Assembly: GCA_965205485.1 (NCBI GenBank)
Contig: OZ242180.1
Span: forward strand, 1,472,001-1,536,000
Source: Candidatus Latescibacterota bacterium
Lineage (GTDB): Bacteria > Latescibacterota > UBA2968 > GCA-2709665
Direction: 5' to 3'
Length of the DNA: 64,000 bases
Below the pieces are notes generated by a model that ran no database searches, was not told the origin of the DNA, and saw only the letters and a program-made list of their open reading frames with translations. A program made the position numbers and the translations under genes. Every line of letters begins with the position of its first letter. Position 1 is the stretch's first letter. Below are positions 10,801-18,863 of the stretch, piece after piece.

Positions 10801-12759
10801 AAGTCCATGCGAAAACCGGTACCGTCCGTCGCGGTCTTGAAAATCTTTCAAAAGGCCCAGGCGGACGTGTCCTTCCAGCGTCTCCAACAGCTGCAGTTCG
10901 TCTTCGCGCCAGACCTCTGCAATCAGGTCGAATGAAAACGCGCCGCGAAAAATAGAGGCATATTCCAGGGCTTGCCTCTGAGCCGAACGAAGCCGTCCCA
11001 GGCGCAACTCAATGGCCTGCATAATGCCCGAAGGCATCGGCCATTCCCCGGATTCCGGCCACCTCCAGCCGCCGGCCGAATCCCTCCAAATCAAGCCTTC
11101 TTCCACCGAACCGCGGATCAGTTCGACGACAAACAGAGGGTTTCCCCCGGTCTCCCTGAAAATCCTGCGAGCTTCCTCCTCGGGGACCGCCTGCTCGCCA
11201 AGCAGGGACGCAGCCAGATTCGCCGTCTCCTCCATTTCGAGAGGATCGAGTTGAAAATGCACAACGCCCGGCGCATCCGGCCCTTTTGTCAGGTTGCCAA
11301 TTCCCGGTGGCAGCGGATCTTCGTCCACCTTGCGGCAGGCGAGCCCGAAGACGAGGGGCACTGGATCAGGATCTCTCCTCATAAAGTCCAGGAACCGCAG
11401 GGTCAGTTCGTCGGCCCATTGCAGGTCTTCGATGCATACAAGGGTGGGTGTTTCACGGCTAAGGTCGCCGAGAAGCTCCGACAAAGTCTCCATCGCCGGG
11501 TACGGATCCGGCTGATCGGCGGGCGCCGGCCTTTCGATTAGCGTTAGAACTCGCCTGACGGATGCTTCCAGGTCCGATTCCTGCGTGCCCGGCTGTTCCG
11601 CGATGTCGCGCAGGGCTTCCAGGAATGGACCGAATGGAGGGCCGGCGTTTTCATAGCAACGCCCGGTGAGAACGCGCATTCCCTGAACGCGAGCATCGGC
11701 CTGAAACTCTTCCAGAACCTGGGATTTCCCGATACCGGCCACCCCGCTCACCAGCACCACGCGCCCCCTCCCGTGACCGGTTTCCCTCAGGATCTCCCGT
11801 AACGCCTTGATCTCACGTTCTCGCCCCTGGAATTGAGGCTGCAGAACGGGAGCGTCCGTTGTGCCCTCGACGTGAGGTGGACTGAAACAATCGTCGCCTC
11901 GCTCCTGATCGGACCCGGCTTCCTCCTTATCCGTTAAATCGTGCAGCAGGCTCCCTGCGGAACTGTAGCGGTCAATGGGCTCCTTCTCCAGCAGCTTCAT
12001 GACTGATTCTTCGATCGGGGAAGAAGCGCCGCCGGCAGACGGGCGCGGCGGTGGGGGCAGGTCTCTCAAGTGCTGGAACATCACCGAAGCCGGGTTCTCG
12101 CCCGTGAAGGGCGGTCTCCCGGTGAGAATCTCGTACAGGACGACACCCAGAGAATACAGGTCGGACCGCTGATCCGTTCGCCGGGCACGGATCTGTTCGG
12201 GAGACATGTACTCCACGGTCCCGGTCGGTCTGCCCGGCGGCGTCACACGCGGTTCCGCGGACTCCCGGAAACGGGCCAGACCCAGGTCCAGAATCGCAAC
12301 CTCGGGTTTGCCCTCTATTTCGGAAATCATGATATTCGAAGGCTTCAAGTCCCGGTGTACCACACCCTGTTCGTGGATATACGCCAGCCCCTCTCCGATC
12401 TGGCGGATGAGCGGAAGGAGCCATGCCGTTCTCAACCTCTCAAGGTCTTCCGCGCTGGCGATCAGGTCGGATAAGGGGCGGCCCTGGATATAATCCATGG
12501 AAAAGTACGGCTTCCCCGCGTGTAATCCCCACTTGTGGGACCGGACAATCCGCGCATGCCGGATTCTGCAGAGAATATTGAACTCCCTCAGGAATCTCCG
12601 CTGGGCCTCGTCTCCCACGATATTCAACATCTTCAGCGCGACCGTGGCGTCATCGTTTACATCGCGCGCACGGTATACGGTACCCAGCCCACCGCTGCCA
12701 ATCGCAGCAAGGATCTCGTAACGCCCGTCGACAACCGTTCCTGCTTCGAGTTCAGACAT
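7855..12759 (-). CDS. Ser/Thr kinase - P-loop ATPase - TPR - GAF - sigma54 enhancer-binding (AAA+) - Fis HTH fusion regulator
   Basis: Kinase motifs GSGGLG, VALK, HRDLKPSN, DLGLAR and YMSPEQ. Walker A GVAGIGKS with EDLQWAD. GAF segment SVLCVPL. Enhancer-binding motifs GETGTGKE, GAFTGA, FLDEIG and WPGNVRELEN. C-terminal GNISRAARQLGLSR. Start taken at MSELEAG. Confidence 0.9.
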   Translation of the reverse strand: MSELEAGTVVDGRYEILAAIGSGGLGTVYRARDVNDDATVALKMLNIVGDEAQRRFLREFNILCRIRHARIVRSHKWGLHAGKPYFSMDYIQGRPLSDLIASAEDLERLRTAWLLPLIRQIGEGLAYIHEQGVVHRDLKPSNIMISEIEGKPEVAILDLGLARFRESAEPRVTPPGRPTGTVEYMSPEQIRARRTDQRSDLYSLGVVLYEILTGRPPFTGENPASVMFQHLRDLPPPPRPSAGGASSPIEESVMKLLEKEPIDRYSSAGSLLHDLTDKEEAGSDQERGDDCFSPPHVEGTTDAPVLQPQFQGREREIKALREILRETGHGRGRVVLVSGVAGIGKSQVLEEFQADARVQGMRVLTGRCYENAGPPFGPFLEALRDIAEQPGTQESDLEASVRRVLTLIERPAPADQPDPYPAMETLSELLGDLSRETPTLVCIEDLQWADELTLRFLDFMRRDPDPVPLVFGLACRKVDEDPLPPGIGNLTKGPDAPGVVHFQLDPLEMEETANLAASLLGEQAVPEEEARRIFRETGGNPLFVVELIRGSVEEGLIWRDSAGGWRWPESGEWPMPSGIMQAIELRLGRLRSAQRQALEYASIFRGAFSFDLIAEVWREDELQLLETLEGHVRLGLLKDFQDRDGRYRFSHGLIQRAVYDGISENRRALLHQEAGRALETRSESGGSETLDDLAYHFSRSNNLEKMVRYVTASGRVALRMHYFSRALEQFEAVIEKGAFSRDVQGSISVGSLAHLDFLCVYAESLCGCDRFDEARRELERIMHWASDKTPAQKAYALRMLGIIHSTSGDFQRAESVLSEALGLYRNLGDDENELQVLGLLQNTCLGLKNVDGTVRYCDLAAEKCRELGGAANDARALIYLAFAAENTNQIEEAKTLLESSLDLLDQEGDRVYRNTCNYLLGRINIWLGDFDRAEEMFQEKREYWSRRGSESGEAHAYLYLCEIALKQGDSARAEAHAREAERLLSESGRGEEYFIACGLLAETLAETGRVEEALSWAERAWPGVEYGEDVRARIWIAKAKSLAAAGLHEEVDTLLDEASQVDVSPEDTRQLNLLLVAGEYYLERRRLADARRYLEDAREAAERLNLRYLAGKAAHLLERVAEEVEMALPAKEMVTALSEEHLLTLYQASEDLTAVLDLNVLLDRILDRLKKVSRAERVLIALKDEDAVHVEVARRHNLDDVETHKISRGVIKWTMERNEPVLSLDARVDERFRQRSSVTDYGIRSVLCVPLRHGESGVIGALYMDHRELEDLFTEKDRALLSAFGNLVSIAVVNARMYSRIQERALFLQQQAGDSYRLGELVGQSDAMQEVFKLVEVAAESDMTVLIQGETGTGKELAARAIHNRSERKAKPFLSANCAAMTHELLQSELFGHRKGAFTGASSDRKGLFVSAHGGTVFLDEIGNASAQLQSSLLRVLQDGEIQRVGEAEVRNVDVRVIAATNRDLEADVRNGLFREDLYYRLRVLQIEMPPLRSHIEDIPLLCEHIVNRLCADQNKAVPGFTVAAMRALMDHGWPGNVRELENEIRRAIALVEEGKEVSADLFSERIGLAEQLRSGEGSYFKSRVASLERRMIVEALDQCGGNISRAARQLGLSRNGLQKMMSRYGLREKANSE

Positions 12760-13057
12760 AGTTAACCCGGCGAAATATTCCCTATGTAAACGTGATTCAT
12801 CCACATCTTCCAGTAAGAAACTACGTGTGGATTCGGTTCTGGCAATTCCACGATGTCGAAAACTAGTCGCGCAAAGGGATAGAGTGCAGGTCGGAGACGG
12901 CTTCGCCAATGACGTTTCAGCAGTCAGCTAAGCCCCTTGCAGCCCACCACCGGTTTGGTGGGGGATGGGTGGACTGACGGCTGAGAGCTGACAGCTTTCT
13001 CGCGGGAAACTCCATTGAAACCCACCGAGGGTGCGAACGCCCCAGTCAGATTTCCAA

Positions 13058-14983
13058 TCAACAATCACTTACGGATAACGTCTGTCCGCCGGATGGCACC
13101 CACCATTCCAGAAAATCGGTCCACCCCGAGGGATACCAGTTCACCCCTCGAAACCGCCGGCTGTAGGCCGTTACGCCCCGTCCTACAAACAGAAACGTAT
13201 AGGGCTGTTCCTCGAACAGGATTTCCTGGAGCCTTCGGTAGAGTGAAATCCGCCGTTCCGCGTCAAACGTACGGCGATACCGTTCCATTATCCGGTCCGC
13301 CTCTTCATTCTCGAAACACGCATAATTCCCGCCGTCCCGGACCTGCGACGAGTGCCAGCTTGAATAAAGATCGAGCGGAACGGCCGGATGGGTTCCTCCG
13401 CCGGAGAACAGCGCATCGAACTCCCGCTTTCGCAGCCGCTGCAGGTAAATGGAACGATCGATTTCACGTACGTTACAGACGATTCCCACGTCCGCCAGTT
13501 CGTCTTGCAGAACCAGGCCGATGTCCTTGCTGAGTTGAGAACCTGCTGCTACCAGGAATTCAAACCTGAATTCGGTCCTGACGCCGTCCACAGCCCGATC
13601 CAGAACGCCGTCGCCGTCCGAATCGAGCCAGCCAGCCGCCTGAAGCAATTCAGCGGCACGATCGCGGTCGTATTCGAGTGGTTCCAGGCCGGCGTAATAT
13701 TCCGGACGGGACATATGCACCGGTCCGTCGATGGTAACGCCGAGTCCATAGATCAGATCCCGGATAATACTGCTGCGCGGCGTCAGATGCGACATCGCCC
13801 TGCGGACCCGCCTATCTCGAAAAATCGGATGCGAATTGTTCCATACGATGTAATTGATACCGCTGGCGTACCGGATGGCCTTGAGAAAGCGCGACGTAAA
13901 TTCAGGCGACCAGCTCTTCTCCTTGAACGGCAACGGATACATATTCAAAACGTCCAGGTTTCCATTGGTCAGTTCGATAAACGCCGCATCCGGATTAATC
14001 ACCACTTTGAAAACCAGTTTATCGACAAAACCGGAAGGGGGAAGGTCCTTCCTGCCGGTCCCCCAATAGTTCGGGTTACGATCCAGAACGGTCTTCCCGG
14101 TTGACGCCGCGTCTTCCGCGGAAGAAGCCAGCACGTAGGGGCCGGACCCCAGGACGCTACGGTTGAAATCCCTGTTGAACCGCTCCGCGAAACGGCGCAC
14201 CAGGTCGGCCTCCGGGCCCGCTTGCCAGGAACTGTCGATGAGCGCCTCGATGGATACGCTATCCATCAACCCGTCCGGGTCGTAGAAATGTTTCGGCAGG
14301 ATCCACCTTCGTCCAATGTTGATTGCATTATAGAAATAGGGTTCGCCGTAAACAAACGTGATCCTGTAGGGTCCCTCCAGCCGGACCGCTTTGAGGTCCT
14401 TGAACCCGCTTCGCATGTATCCGGATAACTGGACCTCCGGATTCTTGATCACCTTGAAGCTGAACAAGACGTCCGCCGCGGTCACAGGCCTGCCGTCCGA
14501 AAAACGGGCATCTTCTCGAATGTCGAACGTATATGAAAGCTTGTCCGGGGAAACCGCCGGATAAGCGACGGCCAGTTCACCCTTGAATTGGTACGGAGGG
14601 GTGTTCTCCATATACAACAGTGACTCGAACATGTTCTCCAGGATTCTGTGAGAACCATAGTCCATCTTTCCGTACGGATTGAACGTTGCCGGCTGGGAAA
14701 ACGCATGGAGTACCAGCCAGTCTCCGTAGACGGGACCGTCATTCCCGGTGTAACGCGGCGAGACCTTCTCGGTCCCGTCCAGCACGATCAGCCCCTGATC
14801 CTCCGCGAGTATCTTCTCTACTTTTTTCCATATTTCACCGGCGCCAGCCTCTGCAACGAAGAAGCTGAGGAAATGCGTCAGAGCGAACAAAACCGTACTT
14901 GCAAATGGTGTTTTCAAAGGGTCCACCATTGAATGATAGGCTTTATCACGCTTAATCACCCGCTGCAAATCACACCTGTCCAA
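13058..14983 (-). CDS. ABC transporter peptide-binding protein (SBP family 5, OppA/AppA-like); start may be 14929
   Basis: LAVAYPAVSPDKLSYTFDIREDARFSDGRPVTAADVLFSF, GSGPY, FRDRRVRRAM and GWLDSDGDGVL motifs. No permease genes adjacent. Confidence 0.85.
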   Translation of the reverse strand: MDRCDLQRVIKRDKAYHSMVDPLKTPFASTVLFALTHFLSFFVAEAGAGEIWKKVEKILAEDQGLIVLDGTEKVSPRYTGNDGPVYGDWLVLHAFSQPATFNPYGKMDYGSHRILENMFESLLYMENTPPYQFKGELAVAYPAVSPDKLSYTFDIREDARFSDGRPVTAADVLFSFKVIKNPEVQLSGYMRSGFKDLKAVRLEGPYRITFVYGEPYFYNAINIGRRWILPKHFYDPDGLMDSVSIEALIDSSWQAGPEADLVRRFAERFNRDFNRSVLGSGPYVLASSAEDAASTGKTVLDRNPNYWGTGRKDLPPSGFVDKLVFKVVINPDAAFIELTNGNLDVLNMYPLPFKEKSWSPEFTSRFLKAIRYASGINYIVWNNSHPIFRDRRVRRAMSHLTPRSSIIRDLIYGLGVTIDGPVHMSRPEYYAGLEPLEYDRDRAAELLQAAGWLDSDGDGVLDRAVDGVRTEFRFEFLVAAGSQLSKDIGLVLQDELADVGIVCNVREIDRSIYLQRLRKREFDALFSGGGTHPAVPLDLYSSWHSSQVRDGGNYACFENEEADRIMERYRRTFDAERRISLYRRLQEILFEEQPYTFLFVGRGVTAYSRRFRGVNWYPSGWTDFLEWWVPSGGQTLSVSDC

Positions 14984-15028
14984 AATCGTCTTTTTTAACT
15001 GCTATCACGACATGATCCACATGTAACC

Positions 15029-15176
15029 GGAGCGAGGGCATCCTGCCCTCGAATTTCGCGTCACCTACCGCTATTCGCGTAGAGAGACTGACGCGTCCAT
15101 TCAATCGGACACCGGTTCTCGGAAAACACCGTGTGCGACGAGTTATCCGATGTCGAGGGCAGGATGCCCTCGCTCC
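15029..15176. repeat. Inverted pair of 24-bp REP-like palindromes
   Basis: GGAGCGAGGGCATCCTGCCCTCGA at 15029-15052 and its exact reverse complement at 15153-15176. Each unit is itself a hairpin. Confidence 0.8.
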
Positions 15177-15576
15177 CGGGAACGCCAACCACGCGGGTCC
15201 GAAATCGGTTTCTGTCCTGGACAGCCGTTGCCAATAGAGGGGGATCTGCATTGGCGCTTCGAAGCGACTGTCTAGAAAACCAGGTACTTACGCATTCAAG
15301 ATCGTCTTTTTCAAACTATCTTGGACAGCAGTAAGTTGGAATGATGACGGAAACCAGGTCTTGATGGCTCATGTTCAACACGAAATACGCCCCCGGCGGT
15401 ACCGGAGGCGCGCAAAGGTCATCGATTTTTTTTAGGTGCTGGCAAGCGGCTGGTTTGGTCTACCGACAGATCGGGAAATGGCGATGCGCCGTCAGAATGG
15501 AAAGAATCCCACGACCCGTCCGGTCTTCGAGCCGCAGCCCGGAACTCTTTTGTCTTCGATCTTTCGTTACACCCAT

Positions 15577-15636
15577 CGGGAATCGAACCCGTGCCAGAAT
15601 TCTGATCTAACATAACGTCAACGGATGCTGCTTACC
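15577..15636 (-). repeat. Degenerate copy of tmRNA 3' region (att-like scar 2)
   Basis: Ungapped hand alignment to 17570-17629 gives 43/60 identities, including CGGGAATCGAACCCG. Confidence 0.7.
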
Positions 15637-15931
15637 GTTTACTACCGAACCGCTGGCGCCCGTGTAAGTAGCACTACCTTCCTGGCAACTCAACGGTCTC
15701 CGGAAATCACGAACAACTCCTCCGAATTCGGCCCATGAACGGCTTTACAATCGCGCGGACGAAGCATGGCCGAAAGCGCAAGAATATATGCGCGAACTAA
15801 TGTACTGTCAAGGGCGGGCGGCTCTCATAGGTCAAGACTTCATCGGCGGCGATATAAAAAACCGTCGCATTGTTGAAATAGCGCTGAAGTTCGGATAAAC
15901 AAAAATAGCCGATGTTGTGGACGGAAGTCGA

Positions 15932-15987
15932 AATCGAACCCGCGTGCGACGGCAGACCAACGACAGCGCCTACGCCGGTGGTTCATC
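15932..15987 (-). repeat. Degenerate copy of tmRNA 3' region (att-like scar 1)
   Basis: Ungapped hand alignment to 17574-17629 gives 45/56 identities (AATCGAACCCGCGT, CAACGACAGCG, CTACG). Confidence 0.8.
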
Positions 15988-16007
15988 CGTCTGCGGTGGT
16001 CCGGACG

Positions 16008-16097
16008 TTAAGGGAAACTGACGGCGTTGAGTTCCACCGCGTAGCGGGGATCGAACGTCTCGCCGGTGCCGTTGGCGCCCTGGATGCGATCAATCAC
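16008..16097 (-). pseudogene. Internally deleted AbiEii-family toxin remnant (29 aa)
   Basis: GTG overlaps the AbiEi end and reads MIDRIQGANGTGETFDPRYAVELNAVSFP*. MIDR resembles an AbiEii start. DRIQGA..T..TF.PRY.VEL resembles the WYL-like C-terminus of long AbiEii proteins (from recall). Confidence 0.6.
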
Positions 16098-16914
16098 CGG
16101 CGTCCGCCCTGACCCAGGTTTCGGGGATCCGGAGTCTCCATCTTGTGATCAGCCGCGGCGATTTGAGCGCCGGATCGAGTTTGGCGTGACCCTTGGTGAG
16201 GCGTTCCCGGCAGGGTTCGACCAGCGTGGCGCCGTCGGGGTGACGTTCTGCAAGAAAGCCGAGACGCTTGAACACCGCGCCATTGCCGAGACGCGAAGCG
16301 TAACCGATCAGCGTGGCATCATCGCGGTTTCTGCTGTTGAGATAGTTCGACAGGCAGTCGGAAACGTGCTGGATTCCTCCCCCCACGGCCGGATCGTCCA
16401 GAATATCGACCATTGTGCGATGAATGTCGGAGACCAGGATCCTGCTTTTGCCGCGCCAAATGGACCTGGTACCGAAGATTTCGCCTGCTTTGATATGTTT
16501 GAGACTGAATCGTATGCCCTGTAGCCGCTGGGACTTCTGGCGTACCGGCCGACTTGTCAACACGACAATGTCGTTGAAAATCTGTTCGGTAAGGTCCCAG
16601 TGCTCCGCGGCGCTGCGCCCCCCGATATAGGCTGGATCGAAAAGGCCTGGTACTAATATCCAGGGATCATCGAGTACAAGGCTGCTGCCGAGCATTTCGA
16701 TTGGCACCGGAAGGTAGACGCCGCGTCCAACCCGTCGAAACCAGCCCTGCTTCATCCACCGTGACAGCTGCTTTGCAGCCTCGTTTCGGGAGATATCGAG
16801 CGCGGATCGGGCGTCGTCAATATGAACGACGTCACCCGCCTCGTTCAGGACGGCGGCGAGACGCCTGCGCGATGCCGGAAATGTGGATTCGACACGGATC
16901 ATGGTATAATACAA
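16090..16914 (-). CDS. abiEi: Type IV toxin-antitoxin AbiEi-family antitoxin / transcriptional regulator
   Basis: N-terminal wHTH (LSRWMKQGWFRRVGRGVYL), then AYIGGRSAAEHWDLTEQI, VSDIHRTMVDILDDP, GNGAVFKRLGFL and LDPAL motifs. Confidence 0.85.
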   Translation of the reverse strand: MYYTMIRVESTFPASRRRLAAVLNEAGDVVHIDDARSALDISRNEAAKQLSRWMKQGWFRRVGRGVYLPVPIEMLGSSLVLDDPWILVPGLFDPAYIGGRSAAEHWDLTEQIFNDIVVLTSRPVRQKSQRLQGIRFSLKHIKAGEIFGTRSIWRGKSRILVSDIHRTMVDILDDPAVGGGIQHVSDCLSNYLNSRNRDDATLIGYASRLGNGAVFKRLGFLAERHPDGATLVEPCRERLTKGHAKLDPALKSPRLITRWRLRIPETWVRADAGD

Positions 16915-17179
16915 TATCTATATTTCACTAAAATTGTGAATTGATATCAATACAATATACTAAAGGAAGGTTTCAGTCGCAAGACGATTTGATATAATTC
17001 AATGTAGATTTTTCTCAATTATTACGAATTAAACGAATTAGATTATACTACTATAGTCACAGTCTCAAAGGGCGTCCGGATCATACAACAAAACTCCAAC
17101 TCACAATGCGTACATGATTCCTCACGTTGGCAGGATTCGGTACGGCATTGAAATCCCCCCCACCGCATCAGCCGTCGCC

Positions 17180-17412
17180 AGCCCCTTCGACATTTCGACG
17201 AGCACAATGCTGCCAGGCTCTGGGCAGGTTATGAGACTTCCAACGGCGGTTCAATGAACCAAATAACGCGTGGTCATTGAGCTTGTCGAAATGCCCGCTA
17301 TTCAACGGCCCTTCGACACCCTTCGCCGGGCCCTTCGACAATCCTTCGGCAGGCTCAGGACAGCGGCTCAGGGTCCGGCTCGGCTTCTGCGACTCCCCCT
17401 CAAGGGGGGAAT
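17180..17412. repeat. Cluster of degenerate REP-like palindromes (CCCTTCGAC / GGCTCAGG / GTCATTGAGCTTGTCGAAATG)
   Basis: Multiple CCCTTCG(A/G/C) and GGCTCAGG units, ending with the hairpin TCCCCCTCAAGGGGGGA. Confidence 0.55.
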
Positions 17413-17484
17413 GATACGGATGTGCACAATATGAAAAAACGTCCCTGCTGTAATTCCCTCGACGGCATCGGGTACTAAAATAAA

Positions 17485-17538
17485 GGCCGGGCGATCTGTG
17501 AGTCGCAACCATTCGCGACGCACAGATCACCCGGCCCT
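17485..17538 (-). terminator. Stem-loop just downstream of tmRNA
   Basis: GGCCGGGCGATCTGTG...CACAGATCACCCGGCC inverted repeat, followed by a T-rich tail on the minus strand. Confidence 0.6.
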
Positions 17539-17557
17539 GAGTTCTTATGCGTTCAAT

Positions 17558-17917
17558 TGGTGGAGGCGGCGGGAATCGAACCCGCGTCCGAAAGCAGATC
17601 AACGACAGCGTCTACGTGTGTAGTTTACCTTTTGAATCTCACGTGCGGGCGCCCCGGTAAACGGGGTTGCCCCCACGCCAGTTCAATCAGCTCTCGCTCA
17701 CGCACCCTCGAACGGAGGTCCACGAGCCAGCCCGCATAAGTCGGCGCTCCGGTCAGGCCCTGCAGGCGAAGCCCGGCGGAACGGACTGCGTTTTAGTTAC
17801 GCAGCCATTGCGTACGTATCGTCCGCAATTATAGAGTGTTCCCACAGTTTAACGAGGACATGGGACCTCGACACGCAGCCATCGCCTCTCCACCCCCGTC
17901 GAATCCAGGTCGCCCCC
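17558..17917 (-). ncRNA. ssrA: tmRNA, tag peptide (A)ADDTYAMAA* at 17797-17826
   Basis: 5' GGGGGCGACCTGGATTCGAC. 3' T-arm GGGTTCGATTCCC followed by CGCCTCC-ACCA, with a G.U pair in the acceptor stem. Length 360 nt. Resume codon GCG after ATAATT, tag ending YAMAA. Confidence 0.97.
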
Positions 17918-17962
17918 ACACGAGTGTTCTGTCCCGGGCCGCCTGGTTGCCCGGGCGCTGAA

Positions 17963-17991
17963 AATATAGCCTGACAGCCTTTTCCTGTCAA
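17963..17991 (-). promoter_or_regulatory. Sigma70-type promoter for ssrA
   Basis: TTGACA-N17-TATATT about 45 nt upstream of the mature 5' end. Confidence 0.75.
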
Positions 17992-18003
17992 GCGGCGGCC
18001 GGG

Positions 18004-18840
18004 TCATTCTACCCGAAACAGTACGGAATCCGCGGCCATGGATGCGAACAGCCCGATGCCGCCCTCTATATGAAATCGAGGTTCATCGAGCGTGGCCATG
18101 TCCTGCTGGCTCGAGATCAGAAAGTCTCCGTAATTCTCGTCCAGGGAAAAGACCAGAAACGAATAGGATCCATAATAGGAAAACTGAAGGGGATTCAACG
18201 TCTGGGACTGCCCTTGCAGGAACCGCCATTGGTCCGCCCTGGCGATACTGTCCCTCAGTGCGCCGAATCCCGTGGTGTCAATCGCCCCGCCGAAGCCGCC
18301 GCCAAGCCGCCCGCCTCCAAACTGGCTCTCCGGTGGAATTCGCTCCAGAAGTTCCAAAGCCTGCCTTGACGTGACATAACCGCCATTTGTCTCGCCTTCC
18401 CACGTCACGCGATACGGATCGCCGCCGACGTAAACCACGGGCGCCCCCGAAGCTATCGGCGGGAACGGCACGGTAGTCTGCGCGGTCGCCGTCCCCAACC
18501 CCGTCGTGACCGACAGATGGTAGGTTTTTCCAGGTTGGACGACCAGGTCCGGCTGATGGTAGGTGCCGGGCTTGTCCGGAACGGATGACAGAGAATGCGT
18601 TACGCCGTCCACCGTAATCGTGACGCCCGCATCGGAAAGCGCGCTGGCGTCGCGATCGTATTCGCTCGAGAGCGGCATCGTCGTGCCCACGAATAAACCG
18701 GATACGTTGCTTCCCGCTTGAAGATAGCCTTCGATAAGGATCGTCTCTTTGAATTCCCCCAGCGACTCTGTCGGCGACGTACTGCACGCGCCGGACCCAA
18801 GAACAACAACCGCACACAGAATCAAACGCAAATTGATCAT
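18004..18840 (-). CDS. DUF4249-like lipoprotein (TonB-receptor partner)
   Basis: Lipobox-like LGSGAC, ILIEGYL, PGKTYHLSV and a C-terminal HIEGGIGLFAS. GGAGG RBS. Directly downstream of the TonB receptor. Confidence 0.75.
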   Translation of the reverse strand: MINLRLILCAVVVLGSGACSTSPTESLGEFKETILIEGYLQAGSNVSGLFVGTTMPLSSEYDRDASALSDAGVTITVDGVTHSLSSVPDKPGTYHQPDLVVQPGKTYHLSVTTGLGTATAQTTVPFPPIASGAPVVYVGGDPYRVTWEGETNGGYVTSRQALELLERIPPESQFGGGRLGGGFGGAIDTTGFGALRDSIARADQWRFLQGQSQTLNPLQFSYYGSYSFLVFSLDENYGDFLISSQQDMATLDEPRFHIEGGIGLFASMAADSVLFRVE

Positions 18841-18863
18841 ATTTACTTCCTCCGCCGGCCGTC

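Noticed and set aside
15188..15210. Third tmRNA-like fragment (TCGGACCCGCGT) in the opposite orientation
   Set aside because: The match is only about 12 nt, does not extend, and lies next to a REP element, so it is likely chance.
17797..17991. 64-aa ORF ending ADDTYAMAA
   Set aside because: This is the tmRNA tag frame read from an upstream TTG, not a separate gene.
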